Below, piece by piece: positions 40,171 through 48,618 of a DNA stretch of 64,000 bases (within the stretch, counting starts at the first letter, position 1; each line of letters starts with the position of its first letter). Both the position numbers and the translations under genes were made by a program. Below the pieces are notes generated by a model, which saw only the letters and a list, made by a program, of their open reading frames with translations, was not told the origin of the DNA and did not search any database. Source of the stretch: Bdellovibrionales bacterium (GTDB lineage Bacteria > Bdellovibrionota > Bdellovibrionia > Bdellovibrionales > DASUEL01); contig JBFWOZ010000002.1 of NCBI GenBank assembly GCA_050250255.1, forward strand, positions 77,655-141,654, in the 5' to 3' direction.

Positions 40171-41585
40171 TGCAAGTTCGTGTTCCACCCCATAATAATG
40201 AGGCGGAACAATCGGTACTGGGGGGGCTCATGCTGGAACCCAGTGCTTGGGATAATATTGCCGACATCGTGGGTGAGAAGGACTTCTACCGGACAGCCCA
40301 TCAAAAAATCTTTGTGGCGATTCAGGATTTGAATCGCAAAGGTCAACCAGCAGACGCTCTCGTCGTAACGAGTTTTCTGAAAGACAAACAAGAAATTGAA
40401 GAGGTTGGTGGCGCGGCATACATAGCCGAGCTCCTTTCTCTCACGCCATCTACGGCTTTTATTACGAACTACGCAAAAATTGTTCACGAAAAAGCGGTGC
40501 TTCGTCAGTTGATTCAAGTGACAACCAAGATTTCGGAGCAAGCTTACGAAGCGGATTTTGAAGATCTCGATACATTTCTTGATCAGACCGAGGGACAAAT
40601 TTTTAACGTTTCAGAAAAGAAAACATCGACGGGCTTAACGCCAGTCAAAGAACTTGTGAAGGTGAGTCTCGATATTATCGATGAGCGCTATCATAAGAAG
40701 GCCGCCATTACCGGAATTTCCTCGGGTTATGCCGAACTCGACAAGATGACGGCAGGATTTCAACCGGGCGATTTTATTATTTTGGCGGCCCGTCCTTCTA
40801 TGGGAAAGACGGCCCTTAGCTTAAACATGGCCCAGCACGCGGCTATTCGCGAAAAGAAGAGCGTGGCTTACTTTTCCATCGAGATGGGTAAAGAACAATT
40901 GATGATGAGAATTTTGGCCTCTGAGGCCCGCGTATCGATGTCGAATGTACGACTTGGAAATATTCCTGATGCGGCTTGGCCGAACCTGATTCAATCGGCC
41001 TCTGTGGTGAGCGAAGCGCCGATGTACATCGATGACACCTCTGGTATCAGTCCCTTTGAGATTCGTTCAAAGGCACGCCGTTTAAAGCGCCAATACGGTC
41101 TTGATATGATCTTTATCGATTACTTACAGATCATGGATTTAAAACAAAAGGTTGAGAGTCGCGAAAGAATCGTTTCGGAAATGTCGCGCACGTTAAAGGC
41201 GATTGCACGTGAACTGAAAGTTCCGGTGATTGCTCTTTCTCAGCTGAACCGTTCGGTCGAGGGGCGATCCGAAAGAAAACCAATGCTTTCGGATCTTCGT
41301 GAGTCGGGATCGATCGAGCAAGACGCAGATTTGATTATGATGCTTTATCGCGAAGAGTATTACGATCGAGATAACGTAGAAAACAAAGGGATTGCCGAAG
41401 TCCTCATTCAAAAACAAAGAAACGGTCCGACAGGTTCTGTGAAGCTGAAATGGTTTTCTGAATACGGTCGTTTTGAAAATCTTGAGCCATCTCGAGATAT
41501 ACCGCCGGTGCCTCCCGCACCCACAGGTCCAAGAGGCGCGCCATCTGCTGGCGGTATTAAACGTATTCCTAATTTTGCGCCTTAA
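40170..41585 (+). CDS. dnaB: replicative DNA helicase DnaB
   Basis: 471 aa. The N-terminus is PPHNNEAEQSVLGG, Walker A is ARPSMGKTA, and SQLNR is present. The C-terminal tail is proline-rich. Confidence 0.95.
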   Translation: MQVRVPPHNNEAEQSVLGGLMLEPSAWDNIADIVGEKDFYRTAHQKIFVAIQDLNRKGQPADALVVTSFLKDKQEIEEVGGAAYIAELLSLTPSTAFITNYAKIVHEKAVLRQLIQVTTKISEQAYEADFEDLDTFLDQTEGQIFNVSEKKTSTGLTPVKELVKVSLDIIDERYHKKAAITGISSGYAELDKMTAGFQPGDFIILAARPSMGKTALSLNMAQHAAIREKKSVAYFSIEMGKEQLMMRILASEARVSMSNVRLGNIPDAAWPNLIQSASVVSEAPMYIDDTSGISPFEIRSKARRLKRQYGLDMIFIDYLQIMDLKQKVESRERIVSEMSRTLKAIARELKVPVIALSQLNRSVEGRSERKPMLSDLRESGSIEQDADLIMMLYREEYYDRDNVENKGIAEVLIQKQRNGPTGSVKLKWFSEYGRFENLEPSRDIPPVPPAPTGPRGAPSAGGIKRIPNFAP

Positions 41586-42899
41586 TTATTGCCCTTGCTG
41601 CTTGAGCTTTTCTATTTGCTCGAAAAGTGTTCCCATTTGAGCGTGGGCTGAGGCTTTCACGAGAAAAATGTTCGATGTTAAAGAGACAAAACCTGTTGGT
41701 CCAGACCACACCGCAAGAAAAGATCGTAAGATGTTTAGGCTTTCGGCCACATTGACACTCGGATCTTTGACAGCGAGTAACGCGGCTCTAGCTCGTTTAA
41801 AACTATCGGCCTGAGTGATCCAAAGTTGGTTCAATGTGTTCAGCTGAACAAAAGCTTTTTGAACGGAGGCGGTGGTTTCTCGACGAGCGGTTGCTTCTGA
41901 AAACTGCGCGGACTGTAAAACGCTCAGCTTCGATTGATGGACGGGAATCTGTCCCGGCGATAAACTCCAAGAGAGCGTTACGGAGGTTTGGTTCGTAAGC
42001 ACGTCAGGAATTCCATCAAAAGCATTTTTAGTATCGATACGACCTCGCCCAATCGTAAGGTTTGGAAGCCAAGGCGTGATGCGAGAGGCATTGAGATCGA
42101 CCTTTGCATTGTCGCGCATGAAGCTTGCGGCGAGAACTTGGGGGTTTTTCATCATTGCGATATCGAGAGCCTCTTTCACCGTAGGGAGAGGAAACACGGA
42201 ATCCAAGGTCTTCTTTAGTTTTTCAATGTCATCATCATCGCCTTCAGACGAGCCTGGCGTGGTGGGCGGGAGAAGGATGGGATCTTTACCAACGACCTTT
42301 ACATAATCAATACGCCCAAGCTCCGTCGCTTGGATCGTCTGATTTAAAATATTGTTCATGTCGTTTCGTGCGATGAGTACTTGTTGGTAGTCAGCCTCTT
42401 TTGTTGGCGATTGTCCTGCCTTCACCTTTACCGCGAGCTTATCAAGCTCTTGCAAAAAGTTTTTGTAACTTTGTATTGCGCCTTCTTGGTTATAAAAATC
42501 CAACCAGATGCGAATCAGTTCCAGTGTGATGGCTTGTTTGAGGGCGATGAGACCATTTTTTTGAGCTTGGATGCTGGAACCAAGTCCCTTAAAGGCAAAA
42601 ATTGCGGCGGGAGCAATGGTAAACCCTACTTGGCCAAGCGAATTGAGCGCTCCTCCGTCAACCTCCAGACCCTGCGATTGAATGCGACCAAAAGCTTGTG
42701 TGCGTGAATAGGTAACGGATGCCAAATTGAGAAGCACGCCAACCCTGATAGCTTTTAAACCTTTGAGCTGAGCCTCTGCAGCTTCGATAGAGGGGTTGGT
42801 TCGCATCGCCTCTTCGATGGCTTCTGTGATCTTTGGCACTTGGGCGAAAGAATGTGAGGAAAAAACGAGGGTGGAAAAAAGAACAAAAGCATAATTCAT
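41586..42899 (-). CDS. TolC-family outer membrane efflux protein
   Basis: 437 aa. A signal peptide (SHSFAQ) is followed by OEP-like repeats (ITEAIEEAMRTNPSIEAAEAQL...; VKEALDIAMMKNPQVLAASF...). Confidence 0.7.
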   Translation of the reverse strand: MNYAFVLFSTLVFSSHSFAQVPKITEAIEEAMRTNPSIEAAEAQLKGLKAIRVGVLLNLASVTYSRTQAFGRIQSQGLEVDGGALNSLGQVGFTIAPAAIFAFKGLGSSIQAQKNGLIALKQAITLELIRIWLDFYNQEGAIQSYKNFLQELDKLAVKVKAGQSPTKEADYQQVLIARNDMNNILNQTIQATELGRIDYVKVVGKDPILLPPTTPGSSEGDDDDIEKLKKTLDSVFPLPTVKEALDIAMMKNPQVLAASFMRDNAKVDLNASRITPWLPNLTIGRGRIDTKNAFDGIPDVLTNQTSVTLSWSLSPGQIPVHQSKLSVLQSAQFSEATARRETTASVQKAFVQLNTLNQLWITQADSFKRARAALLAVKDPSVNVAESLNILRSFLAVWSGPTGFVSLTSNIFLVKASAHAQMGTLFEQIEKLKQQGQ

Positions 42900-43060
42900 A
42901 ATTGAGCTCTCCCGGGATTTCCGTCAGAGAGCAAAAGATGTGCCCGCTTCGCAAGGACTACGATGTTTGATTGTTGTTTAAAGGTGTTTACAGGCTTGCC
43001 GCTCGCTATAAATTTTATGTGGAGCGCCCACCTCTCATGTTCGAAAAAATCAACAGCCGT

Positions 43061-43540
43061 CTATTTCCGAGTCGATGGTTTTTTTAGAGTAGCGGTGGGT
43101 GCAGGTCGCGCCGTTGGTAATTCTGCGTCTGTCCACTTGCTGGTTGTTTCACCAACAGCCCACTCTGATGTTACGGGACGGTCGTAGACCGCCTGATGGG
43201 GACCACAGTGTTGGCCAGCGTAATCAAAAAAGTAGAGCGTGTTCCCGCTTTTATAAGCAATTTTATCCATTGAAGTTTGTCCGTTGTTCAGCACAGCGAG
43301 GCCCCAATTTTTATCGGTTGCTCTCAAGATGGTTACCAAGTCTACAAACACGGGATTAGGGGGATAGACTTTTTTTTCACAGTTTTCGTCAAGGTAGGCT
43401 TTCATTGCAACCTGCTGAGCCTTTGTAAGACTTTGCGGTGTTGGTGCTTGTGCCGATACCTCTTGTGACAGACAGAAGCTTGTTAGAAAAAGAGTCGCAA
43501 CAACAGTCTTTAATAAAAATACAGAATTATACATAAGCAC
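43061..43540 (-). CDS. secreted hypothetical protein
   Basis: 159 aa with a signal peptide ending VSAQA. I recognise no family. Confidence 0.5.
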   Translation of the reverse strand: MLMYNSVFLLKTVVATLFLTSFCLSQEVSAQAPTPQSLTKAQQVAMKAYLDENCEKKVYPPNPVFVDLVTILRATDKNWGLAVLNNGQTSMDKIAYKSGNTLYFFDYAGQHCGPHQAVYDRPVTSEWAVGETTSKWTDAELPTARPAPTATLKKPSTRK

Positions 43541-43750
43541 CTCTTCCGAACAGTCTGCCTACTTAATGGTTTCGTCGCAATAGCGTAGCGGCGCTCCCGA
43601 CCTTCGGACTTAACGCATCGTCGCTACCAAAAGGAGCGGCGCACCTTTTGTGAAAGGGCTGGATCAAGGTCCAAATTCTTTGGTCTAGGAGGAAATCTTT
43701 TTTCATTCTATTCACCGGTTGGTCCAATGGGAGGATCTAATAAACACGAC

Positions 43751-43952
43751 CATGGAGGGTGCGGTGGAGAAAGTTTTAGAGCAAATTGCGGAGGCCACAG
43801 GATTACCATCACACCTGGTGATGGGAGAGCTTAAAGGAATGATCGAAAAAGCTGGGCTTGATGCGCAAACAATGAGTATGGATGATCTCCGAAACATTCT
43901 CGCTGAGTATCTTCAGAATGTGATTTTAAATGCGCGTGAGGAATTCAGGTAA
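43751..43952 (+). CDS. small acidic helical hypothetical protein (66 aa from the ATG)
   Basis: The track ORF opens at a TTG at 43719, but the ATG at 43751 (MEGAVEKVLEQIAEATGL...) is more plausible. The frame shows strong G-first-position codon periodicity. There is no clear SD sequence. Confidence 0.4.
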
Positions 43953-43962
43953 GTTAATTCAG

Positions 43963-44000
43963 GGATCCATGTATTCCAGTTAACGAGAATACTTGGATCC
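43963..44000. terminator. 13/14-bp hairpin between convergent genes
   Basis: The sequence is GGATCCATGTATTC-N10-GAATACTTGGATCC. There is no U-tract, so the terminator function is uncertain. Confidence 0.35.
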
Positions 44001-44064
44001 AGGTATTAGAGAAATTGGCGGGCCTAATTCATAGGTGCCGTACTTAGACGACCCGCCTGGTGCA

Positions 44065-44367
44065 CTAATTCAGACTCTTGGCTTGAATCTTATAAACGTG
44101 CATTTTCTTTTTCAATGTATTTCTGTTAATTCCGAGCAGTTGCGCTGTTTTCACCTGATTTCCACGAAAAGCTTTGAGCGCAAGCTCGATCAAGGGACGT
44201 TCTACCTGCTCCATAACAATGTTATAAAGCCCGTTCATATCGGAATCTTTCAAATCTTGTTGGCTAAAAAGCACTTCAAGCTTTGAGCGGACCAACTTTT
44301 CTAAGCTGACCGACTGTAAATTCGCAACGAAAAGATTCTTCGTTAAACTTGTCTGCGTATTGGACAT
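44065..44367 (-). CDS. Fis-family HTH DNA-binding protein
   Basis: 100 aa from the ATG at 44367. The C-terminus PLIELALKAFRGNQVKTAQLLGINRNTLKKKM is a Fis-type HTH. The longer 176-aa track ORF overlaps queE. Confidence 0.75.
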   Translation of the reverse strand: MSNTQTSLTKNLFVANLQSVSLEKLVRSKLEVLFSQQDLKDSDMNGLYNIVMEQVERPLIELALKAFRGNQVKTAQLLGINRNTLKKKMHVYKIQAKSLN

Positions 44368-44371
44368 GAAA

Positions 44372-45010
44372 TCAAACACCCCGTGTGATGTCTGACCAGA
44401 TATACTTATGAAGCTGTAATTGCAACCTTGCAGTGGATTTTGCCGCAAGAATTTTTTCGGCAAGCCATTTTTCCGAGATTTTTTTAAAACTCGGGCTATA
44501 AAAAACGACATGTTTGCTTGACAAGGCATGTGCCTTGACAAAGCGCTCGGTCCATTCGAAATCCTGCTCGGAACAGATAACGAATTTAAATTCATCGTTT
44601 GGTGTACAAAATTTTAAATTCTCCATTAAAAAACTATCGGCTTCACCACTGTTGGGAGTTTTTACGTCCACAATTTTCTTCACGCGCACGTCCACGAGTT
44701 CGCAACTTAAAGAACCTGAGGTTTCAAGCGACACCAAATATTCGCGATCGCAAAGCTGCTTCATGAGTTCGAAGATTTCTTTTTGAAGAAGCGGTTCGCC
44801 TCCCGTAATGCAGATATGCTTTACGGAAAAATTGGAAACCTTCGTAAGAACATCGTCTAGGGAGAGTTTTTGACCTTCGTAAAAGGCGTAGGCTGTATCG
44901 CAATAGGTACAGCGGAGATGGCACCCAGACGTTCGTACAAACACGGTGGGCCAACCGACGTAAGACGACTCTCCTTGAATGCTTTGATAGATTTCATTGA
45001 TCTTCATCAT
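44372..45010 (-). CDS. queE: 7-carboxy-7-deazaguanine synthase (radical SAM)
   Basis: 212 aa. It reads INEIYQSIQGESSYVGWPTVFVRTSGCHLRCTYCDT, which contains the CxxxCxxC cluster. Confidence 0.85.
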   Translation of the reverse strand: MMKINEIYQSIQGESSYVGWPTVFVRTSGCHLRCTYCDTAYAFYEGQKLSLDDVLTKVSNFSVKHICITGGEPLLQKEIFELMKQLCDREYLVSLETSGSLSCELVDVRVKKIVDVKTPNSGEADSFLMENLKFCTPNDEFKFVICSEQDFEWTERFVKAHALSSKHVVFYSPSFKKISEKWLAEKILAAKSTARLQLQLHKYIWSDITRGV

Positions 45011-45108
45011 AATTAGATTCGGTCAAAGACATTGAGCTTTGCTTCCGTCTGGTCAAGGCCTATGAGGCTTTGCTTCCAAAGTCAAATGCACTTCTATAGA
45101 CTGAAATC

Positions 45109-47514
45109 ATGTCATCAACTTTGAAGAAGTTTCGCAGAGATTTCAGCATCATATCGTGGATAGGATTCGGCTCTTTTTTGGCCCTTTCCCTATTAAGTTA
45201 TAACCCACAAGACCCGTCTTTTAGCTCTACCGGCACAGGTCGCAGCGTCGTCAATCTCTGCGGATATGTGGGAAGCTTTCTTTCTGACATTTTTTATCAA
45301 GGGTTTGGTGTGGCCTCTTGGTTTTTTGTCGGCTTTATTTTTTATTGGGGAATTAAAAACCTTCTCCGTCAGGATAAGCCCGCAACCTCTAATATCGTTT
45401 GGGCTTTTTTGCTGATGATTGCCGTTACGGGATTGATTCATCTTTTCATCCCCGACACGCGTATATTTCAAGGACACGTCCTCTTGAGTGGAAGCATTGG
45501 TTTAGGCCTAGCAAAAACTCTTATGGGAGTTCTTAATAAGGCCGGCGCGGCCGTGATTTTACTGAGCTTTACATTTATGGGATTCGTGGCTCTTTTGGAG
45601 GTCACAATCGATCAGTTCATCGAATCACTTACTAAAAAACTTTCAAGCCCTTTCCATGCGGGCCTCGGGAAGCTAGGCGCAGGAGTTATGGCCCTTTCCC
45701 AGAGTTGGTGGGACAGCCTCTTTGAGCTTGGAAAAAAGAAAAAAGTTTTAGCGGCAGCCAAAGCGGTTCCGACTGAGATGGAGGTTTCTGCGAAATCGGC
45801 CAGTCACCGTTTTCTCATTCAAAAAAATGAAATTGAGCCCGTAGATTTTGAAGAACCAGGGATTCATGTTAGCGAAGAGGATGAGGAAGAAGAAGGGGTC
45901 ACAGAGGCTGCGGCGCCAAGAAAGGCATCGCGTGAAACTAGAAGTGTTCTCGATGTAGAAATCGCGCCGATGCAAACGGCGAAACGTGCAGCGGTGAAGA
46001 TTCAGCGGCATATTGAAAATTGGATGTTGCCAAAACTTTCTCTGCTCGTAGATCCACCGGTATCACGTGTGAAAGTGGATGAAAAAGAAATCCGCAATAC
46101 GAGCCACATGCTCGAAGATAAGCTCGCCCAATTTTCGGTGAATGGAAGTGTTGTCGCCGTGAAGCCAGGGCCTGCCGTCACAATGTTTGAATTTAAACCC
46201 AATGCGGATGTGAAAATCTCAAAGATCACTGAGCTTGCAGATGACTTGGCATTGGCTCTGAGCAGTGAATCTATCCGAATTATCGCGCCAGTTCCGGGGC
46301 GTGATGTGGTGGGAATCGAAACTTCCAACGCACAAAGAGAAAAAGTATTTTTAAAAGACATTCTTTCTGATGGTCACTTTTGGGATGATAAGGTCAAGCT
46401 TCCGATCGTGCTTGGAAAACAGGCCAACGGCGCTTCGCGAGTCGTCGACCTTCGCAAAATGCCACACTTACTTGTTGCTGGTACAACGGGTTCGGGAAAA
46501 TCAGTGTTTGTTGTTTCCGTCTTAACGGGCCTCCTCTTTCGTCATTCGCCAAAAACACTGCGCTTAATTCTCGTCGATCCAAAGCAGGTGGATCTCGCCG
46601 CTTTCCAAAATCTCCCGCACTTGCTTCTCCCGCCTGTTCGTGACCCGCGCAAGGCCGTGAGCGCGCTAAAGTGGGCCATTAGTGAAATGGAAAAACGTTA
46701 CCGATCGATGTCAAAGTTTGGAGCGCGCGGCCTTGAAGAATTTAATCAGGTCACGAGCAATCTTTCACGCACTCAAGTGGAAGAATTTGAAAAAGAAAAT
46801 ACAGATCTCGAGGGCGCGTCTAAGCAAAGATCTTATTACTTCACACCACAGCCATACATTGTGATTGTTGTGGAAGAGTTCGGCGATCTCATGTCGGTGG
46901 ATAAGGTGAATGTAGAGCACAACGTTGTGCGACTTGCACAGATGGCTCGCGCTTGTGGGATTCATCTTATTCTAGCGATGCAGAGTCCGCGAAGAGATGT
47001 CATTACAGGCCTTATTAAAACAAACATACCTGGGCGCATCAGTTTCAAAGTGGCAAGCAAAATGGATTCACGAATCATTCTTGATGAATCCGGCGCCGAA
47101 CGACTTCTCGCAAATGGGGATATGCTCTTTTTAGCCCCTGGGGTCGCAAAGCCCGAGCGGCATCATGGAGCGTGGCTCTCGGAAGAAGAAATTAATCAAG
47201 TCGCGGCTTTTTGGTCGGATCAGTCAGAGCCAAACTTTGATGATAATGCCGTCCGTGCCGTTGAAAGTTTTGGTGATGAATCTGGTGGAGACATGATGGA
47301 CGGGGAACTCAATCCTGACGCTGAAGAACGTTATGATGAGATTCTTGATTATGTCAGTTCACAAAGAGAAGTGAGCGCGTCTCTTCTTCAGAGAAAATTT
47401 CGTTTGGGTTACCCGCGGGCGGCCCGAATGATTGAAATTTTCGAAAAAGAAGGTGTTGTGGGGCCTGCGAATGGTAGCAAGCCGCGACAAGTTCTTATTA
47501 ACAAAGCCCCTTAG
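45109..47514 (+). CDS. ftsK: DNA translocase FtsK
   Basis: 801 aa. N-terminal TM helices and an acidic linker precede a motor domain with Walker A GTTGSGKS. The gamma winged helix is SLLQRKFRLGYPRAARMIE. Confidence 0.95.
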   Translation: MSSTLKKFRRDFSIISWIGFGSFLALSLLSYNPQDPSFSSTGTGRSVVNLCGYVGSFLSDIFYQGFGVASWFFVGFIFYWGIKNLLRQDKPATSNIVWAFLLMIAVTGLIHLFIPDTRIFQGHVLLSGSIGLGLAKTLMGVLNKAGAAVILLSFTFMGFVALLEVTIDQFIESLTKKLSSPFHAGLGKLGAGVMALSQSWWDSLFELGKKKKVLAAAKAVPTEMEVSAKSASHRFLIQKNEIEPVDFEEPGIHVSEEDEEEEGVTEAAAPRKASRETRSVLDVEIAPMQTAKRAAVKIQRHIENWMLPKLSLLVDPPVSRVKVDEKEIRNTSHMLEDKLAQFSVNGSVVAVKPGPAVTMFEFKPNADVKISKITELADDLALALSSESIRIIAPVPGRDVVGIETSNAQREKVFLKDILSDGHFWDDKVKLPIVLGKQANGASRVVDLRKMPHLLVAGTTGSGKSVFVVSVLTGLLFRHSPKTLRLILVDPKQVDLAAFQNLPHLLLPPVRDPRKAVSALKWAISEMEKRYRSMSKFGARGLEEFNQVTSNLSRTQVEEFEKENTDLEGASKQRSYYFTPQPYIVIVVEEFGDLMSVDKVNVEHNVVRLAQMARACGIHLILAMQSPRRDVITGLIKTNIPGRISFKVASKMDSRIILDESGAERLLANGDMLFLAPGVAKPERHHGAWLSEEEINQVAAFWSDQSEPNFDDNAVRAVESFGDESGGDMMDGELNPDAEERYDEILDYVSSQREVSASLLQRKFRLGYPRAARMIEIFEKEGVVGPANGSKPRQVLINKAP

Positions 47515-47533
47515 GTCATGCTAGTGTGAATCC

Positions 47534-48388
47534 ATGAAAAAAGTCGTCCTCTTGGCGATCATGGTAGGATTTTTTTTGAGCGCAGTGGCCCCTGCGGCGA
47601 CTCAAGAAACCTACAGAGATATTATCGATAAAGCCAAGAACCTCAGCTTACAAAAAGATCGTTTGCAGGCGACAAAAACCCTCATTCGAGCCGCCCAAAA
47701 AGAAAAAGGCGTAGCACGCAAAGAGCTCATCCAAACTTTGCAGGAACTTTCCGAGATATTTTATACCGAAAAGGGCCAACAGCTCTTTGAATTGGGGCAA
47801 TCTTTAAAGTACGGAGCGACTCCCGACGCCATTGAGAGATTTCAAGATTCTTTGGCGCTTGAGCCAAGCAATGTTCAGGTATTAAAAGCACTTGCGAGGG
47901 CCCATCTTTCTCAGAACACTTGCGAAAAACTTCCCGAGCTTGTGCAGCAGTTAACAGAAAGTAATCCCTTTGAAGAAGAACATGTCCTCCTGAGGCTTCA
48001 ATCCGCACAATGTCTGGCGCAAAAAGAGGTGGCCAAACAAATTATCGACGGAAACGAGATTCGGCGCTCTGATCTTAAAATGTACGTTGATCTTTTGCGT
48101 GCGCAGATGCTCGCGGCTGATGAAAAGCTCAACCAGGCGGAACAGCTGCTAGAAAAGCTTCTTTTGGTAGATAAAAAATTTCCCGAGACAACATACTGGC
48201 TCTACCAAGTGAAGAGGCTTCAGAAAAAAGAATTTACTGAGTTGGGCCGAGCTTACCTTAATCTTTGTAAGAACATCAGCCAGCCGACTAGGAATAAGTA
48301 TCGGTTCGAGCCCCGCATCTGTAATGAACAGAAAAAGGTCGAAGCTGATTTTGAAGAGTTAAAAAATAAAACAGGAGTGGGTGTGTAA
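47534..48388 (+). CDS. secreted TPR-like helical-repeat protein
   Basis: 284 aa with a signal peptide (FFLSAVAPAAT) and repeated helical TPR-like units. Confidence 0.55.
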   Translation: MKKVVLLAIMVGFFLSAVAPAATQETYRDIIDKAKNLSLQKDRLQATKTLIRAAQKEKGVARKELIQTLQELSEIFYTEKGQQLFELGQSLKYGATPDAIERFQDSLALEPSNVQVLKALARAHLSQNTCEKLPELVQQLTESNPFEEEHVLLRLQSAQCLAQKEVAKQIIDGNEIRRSDLKMYVDLLRAQMLAADEKLNQAEQLLEKLLLVDKKFPETTYWLYQVKRLQKKEFTELGRAYLNLCKNISQPTRNKYRFEPRICNEQKKVEADFEELKNKTGVGV

Positions 48389-48618
48389 TGAATGTTGTTA
48401 AATCTTTGCTCGGTCTTGTTTTGATTTTTGTATGTGTGCAATGTGGCGTGAGGGGTGACCCCATTCCGCCAGGAAAAGCTCCTGAGCTCGGAAGAGGAAA
48501 GCCGAACTATAAGAGAGCGACGGAGCCCTTGGCATTCCCCGTGATTCCGCCAATTAGTGAAGAAAACCAAGAAGAAGATTCAGAAAAGAGTGAGAGTGGC
48601 GCTGAATCCGAATACTAA
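48388..48618 (+). CDS. small lipoprotein, LptM/YifL-like
   Basis: 76 aa. A lipobox is followed by CGVRGDPIPPGKAP, resembling the E. coli YifL motif CGLKGPLYFPP, and then a disordered acidic tail. It lies directly upstream of dapF, as in E. coli. Confidence 0.6.
   Translation: MNVVKSLLGLVLIFVCVQCGVRGDPIPPGKAPELGRGKPNYKRATEPLAFPVIPPISEENQEEDSEKSESGAESEY

Noticed and set aside
40098-40598. A 166-aa ORF antisense to the rplI end and dnaB start.
   Set aside because: It is codon-aligned antisense to dnaB. It spans a gene junction and has no independent support.
43560-43680. A possible SRP (4.5S), 6S or tRNA-like RNA in the GC-rich spacer.
   Set aside because: I could not find the SRP domain-IV GGAA/AGCA motifs, a tRNA cloverleaf with T-loop GTTCNANNC, or a 6S-like long bulged helix. 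It is retained only as an unexplained structured spacer in the findings.
44368-44595. The N-terminal 76 codons of the 176-aa track ORF 44065..44595.
   Set aside because: This part overlaps the 3' end of queE in another frame. The Fis-like domain is fully accounted for by the ATG at 44367, 5 nt after the queE stop.
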